A DNA stretch of 64,000 bases, from NCBI RefSeq assembly GCF_009914755.1, contig NC_060926.1; one strand, written 5' to 3'. The translations under genes and the position numbers were made by a program. Below, piece after piece: positions 60,428-64,000 of the stretch. The DNA comes from the human T2T-CHM13v2.0 reference genome, Homo sapiens. Each line of letters opens with the position of its first letter. Within the stretch, counting starts at the first letter, position 1. The notes beneath the pieces were generated by a model. It was not told the origin of the DNA, ran no database searches, and saw only the letters and a list, made by a program, of their open reading frames with translations.

Positions 60428-61945
60428 ATTTTATTTTTTTAATTTTTTATTGTGAATTAATAAATTATAGTTGTATGTATGGGGGTAAATGTACTACAAG
60501 GTAAAATAATTAAATCAAAGTAATTAATAAATCCATCAACTCAAACACTTATTATTTTAGTGACACCATTTGAAGTTCATTCTGTTAGCAATTTTCAAAT
60601 GTGCAATACAATATTATTTACTATAACAACCATGTTGGCTAATATATCTAAAAGAACAAAAAATATATTAAAGATTTTGTACCTTTTGACCACAATCTCC
60701 CCACTTCTTCAAACCCCAGCCTTTGTAACCACCACTCTACTCCCTGCTTCTTTGAGTTTGATTATTTTGTAATATTCTTCTGTAAGTAAGAACATGCAGT
60801 ATTTGTATTTCTGTGCCTGGCTTATTTCACTTAGCATAATGTTCCCTTATTCCTTCCATCCGTATTGTCACAAATGAAAAAATTTCTTTCCTCTTCAGGC
60901 TAATAGTACTCTATTTTGCATATATACCACATTTTCTTTATCCATTTATTTGTTGACGGATGCTTGGGTTAACTCCATAACTTGGCTATTGTCAGTATGA
61001 AACCACCTTATACATATTGTGACAATGAGAAAATTATGATATTGAATAAGATCTGACCTAACTGATCCCATCTTGCCTTTAACCTCCAAACTGCCCTTGT
61101 TCATTACTAGGTGTAGGTCAAACTAACTATAGGAGGAATTTAGTTTATAGTTTAACTATGAAACAAGGATAATAACCACCCTTTCCTGAAACAAACCCCC
61201 TTCTTGCCTGGTGACTAGATCACCTTTGTAAAACTAACAAATTAGCCACAAGATTAAAATTATGGTTTAGGCATCATGCAGCCAGAGACCACAAGATTCC
61301 TTACCTCCCATTGCTATTATAAAACCTAAGATTGGTGTTCAAGATATTTTTCAGAACCTGCATTCTGAAGGACCAGCTAGCACCATGTAGACCACTAATC
61401 TGACTCAACAGTTATGTGCTTCCACCCAGGTACAGAAGACAGCAAAAATAATCCTCTTCGACTCCCTGTGATTTCATTTCCAACCCAACCAATCAGTACT
61501 TCATACTCCCTAGCCCACTACCCACCAAATTATTCTTAAAAATCTCCACTCTCCGAATTTTCAGGAAGATTGATTCAAGTAATAAAACTCCAGCCTCCTG
61601 TTTAGCCAACTCTGTGTGCATTAAGCTCTTTTTCTATTGCAATTCCCCTGTCTTGATAAATTGACTGTATCTGGGCAGCAGTCACGAAGAACCCATTGGG
61701 CGGTTACAAGTAGTGCTTGCAATGTCCATGAGAGAGCAGACATCTCTTCTACGTACTGATTTCAAGTCTTTTGTTTAAATATCCAGAGGTGAGATTGCTG
61801 GATTGCAGGATAATTTCATTTTTAGTTTTTAAGGAACCTCATACAGTTTTCCATAATGGCGGAACTACTTTACATTTCCATCAACAATGTGCAGAAATTT
61901 CCTTTTACCACATTCTCATCAACAAGTATCTTTCATCTTTTTAAG
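60428..61945 (-). mobile_element. L1MA-like 3' end, split by LTR8
   Basis: 'ctgtgcctggcttatttcacttagcataatg', 'cttggctattgt' resuming as 'agtgcttgcaatg...cagacatctctt'. Confidence 0.85.
60998..61708 (+). mobile_element. LTR8-family (ERV1) solo LTR, 711 bp
   Basis: TGAAACC...'ccatcttgcctttaacctccaaactgcccttgttcatt'...AATAAA...'cccattgggcggttaca'; 4-bp TSD agta at 60994-60997 and 61709-61712. Confidence 0.9.
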
Positions 61946-63589
61946 ATAGGGTACACATTTTTGTATTCTTTTAATTATTGTACAGTGGAATATTTCCTAA
62001 GGTATCTCTATTACTCTGTATCCTTTAAAAAGTATGAATACCAAAATTAGACACAATATTTAAATGCACCATGAACCCTGACAAGCCTTCAGGGCAGTAG
62101 GAATCAACAAATCAACATGATTGAAACATCACAATTTATAATTTTTTCCCACAATAAAGGAAACAATTGACAGAGTGGAATGACCAAGAATTTCTAGAAG
62201 GATGGTGCTACTTGGTGAGTAATTTCCTTTAGTTAATTTAGCCAAAGAACTGCATTCTTTGCATACTTTCCAGAGTTCTCTGCTAACCATTTGCAAAAGT
62301 TCTTGTTTTGAACTCCATGAAGTCTCTCATGCCAGCAACTTTCCTACCTAGTAGCCAGGTTGGTTGAGTCATGTAACTTCTGGCATGAGCTGTCAGGGTT
62401 CCACACTGCCTTAAGCTGAGCACAGAGATGTGAGCTCATTTAAAATGTTTATTACATTTTATGATTTTAATTCATTTCCTGCTTCTGTGAGGTTACCAGG
62501 CTATTTGTTGAAATATGGAAGTACACAGGGGCCTTCCAATGATGAAGTAATTTAACATTTTTTGTTTAAAAAATAAAAACCTCAAAAAGTTTCCCAGTTA
62601 CACACTAGTCAAAAAAAGAACATTCACATTGGGTGCAAATAACTCTCAGCTCCTGCTGACAGTACTTAAGCAAAATGCAGAATTTCTAAAAAAAAAAAAA
62701 AAAAAAAAAGCTTTCAAAGGACTTGGGTTAGGGGAACAGTAAAAGACTCCTTGAATAAAATTCCTTTTATGAAAACTAAAAGTCAAGTCAAAACAAACAC
62801 AAAAAGCCGTTGATTTCACTCAGTGTTTTTTATATGTCTTTAACACCTGCTACTGGAGCCCTGGAATTATAGACTAAGCAGCCATGCCAGTTAAAGATCA
62901 TTCCAGATCAGCTCTCTAGCCCCCTCTTTTTATTATAAAATGTGTAATTTTTTTAGAGTTGTATAAGGAAGCAAATAAAATAATACTTCATAATTTCACT
63001 ATATAAGAATAAGAACCTATCTTAAAAGTAACAATGAAATTAGTAAAATATGTACATGGTTAGAAAATGCAAACATTTCACAGTAAAGTACAAAGCAGAA
63101 AAACTTCCAAACCATTTCCCTCCTTGTTTTCCAACAGTAACACTGTAAGCAATTTTGATGAATATACAGCATGGGAATTACAGTTATCAATACTGAATTG
63201 TACACTTGAAAAAAGCAACACTATACAAATACAGTTAATTCATGTATGAATGTGCTTATAGGGACAAAAATATATCTTTTTTTTTTAAAAAAAGCAAAGA
63301 GCACCTTTTAAAATTTAATAATGTATCTGGGAAATCTTTCCATTCATAAACCATTTTAATTATTTTACCTTGAAAACATGTATATTAGATCTAGTCACCA
63401 ATAATTTGTTTTCTCGTTCTTTTTCTTTCTCCTAGAAATCTCCTGCCAATTCCCACATTTATTTTTCAAGATAAGATTTTGGTATTATTTTGTCAAATCT
63501 GTATTTCTCTCACACTCAAAATAGGTATATGTGTCTGCATGTAATATTTCTATACTGTGTGATATATAGATATGTGTATATATATCACA

Positions 63590-64000
63590 AAAATATGTGA
63601 ATTTGAATTGCATTTAATTTACATTTAAAATAATATTGGTGCTTCTAATGTCATTGGTGAGTGCTATTTTATTTTTTCTGGTCTAAGTTTGGGACATATT
63701 GTTATTTTTTTTTTTATTTCACTGCAAAACCTTTTAGGACAATGCTGAATAGAACTACTCATGAACATCTTCAACTTGATTGCAAAGTTAAGGAGAAATA
63801 GTTTAGCATTTCCACAATGAATGTGATATTCGCTAAAGGTTTTGGGTATATATGCTTTATTAGATTGAAGAAGCTCCCTTCTATTTCTAGTTTGCTCATT
63901 TTTAATATGAATCTCTATTGAGATAGCAATATGGTGTTTTTCTTCATTCTGTTAATGTAAGGTTCCACATTTATTGATTTTTGAATGTTAAACTAATCTT
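63590..64000 (-). mobile_element. Old L1 ORF2 fragment, running off the window
   Basis: 'acaatgctgaatagaa', 'ctttattagattgaagaagctcccttctatttctagtttgct'. Confidence 0.75.

Overview
AT-rich, CpG-depleted primate genomic DNA, probably human or another ape, since it carries Alu J/S/Y, L1PA3/6/7-like elements and an ERVK LTR. The window is dominated by transposable elements: about 17 Alu copies or monomers, many L1s of several ages, ERVL, MaLR, ERV1 and ERVK LTRs, Tigger3a, MER2, MER5, MER20, MIR and L2. I recognise no host protein-coding gene, RNA gene or CpG island. The long ORFs in the track are decayed L1 ORF1/ORF2 pieces or Alu read-throughs. I found no evidence for a novel biological system. 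The best-supported points of interest are mechanistic scars in the sequence: (i) a probable L1 3' transduction carrying about 270 bp of foreign DNA with its own AATAAA and poly(A) at 39147-39915; (ii) a three-part templated insertion, including an inverted copy of a segment about 0.6 kb away, at 43150-43301; (iii) two twin-priming 5'-inverted L1s with intact TSDs and junction microhomology; (iv) an L1 > Alu > ERVK-LTR nested insertion; and (v) several local tandem duplications and hairpins. A few weak candidate exons, probably non-coding, are also listed. Subfamily names come from memory of consensus sequences and need RepeatMasker/Dfam confirmation. Boundaries of old elements are approximate.
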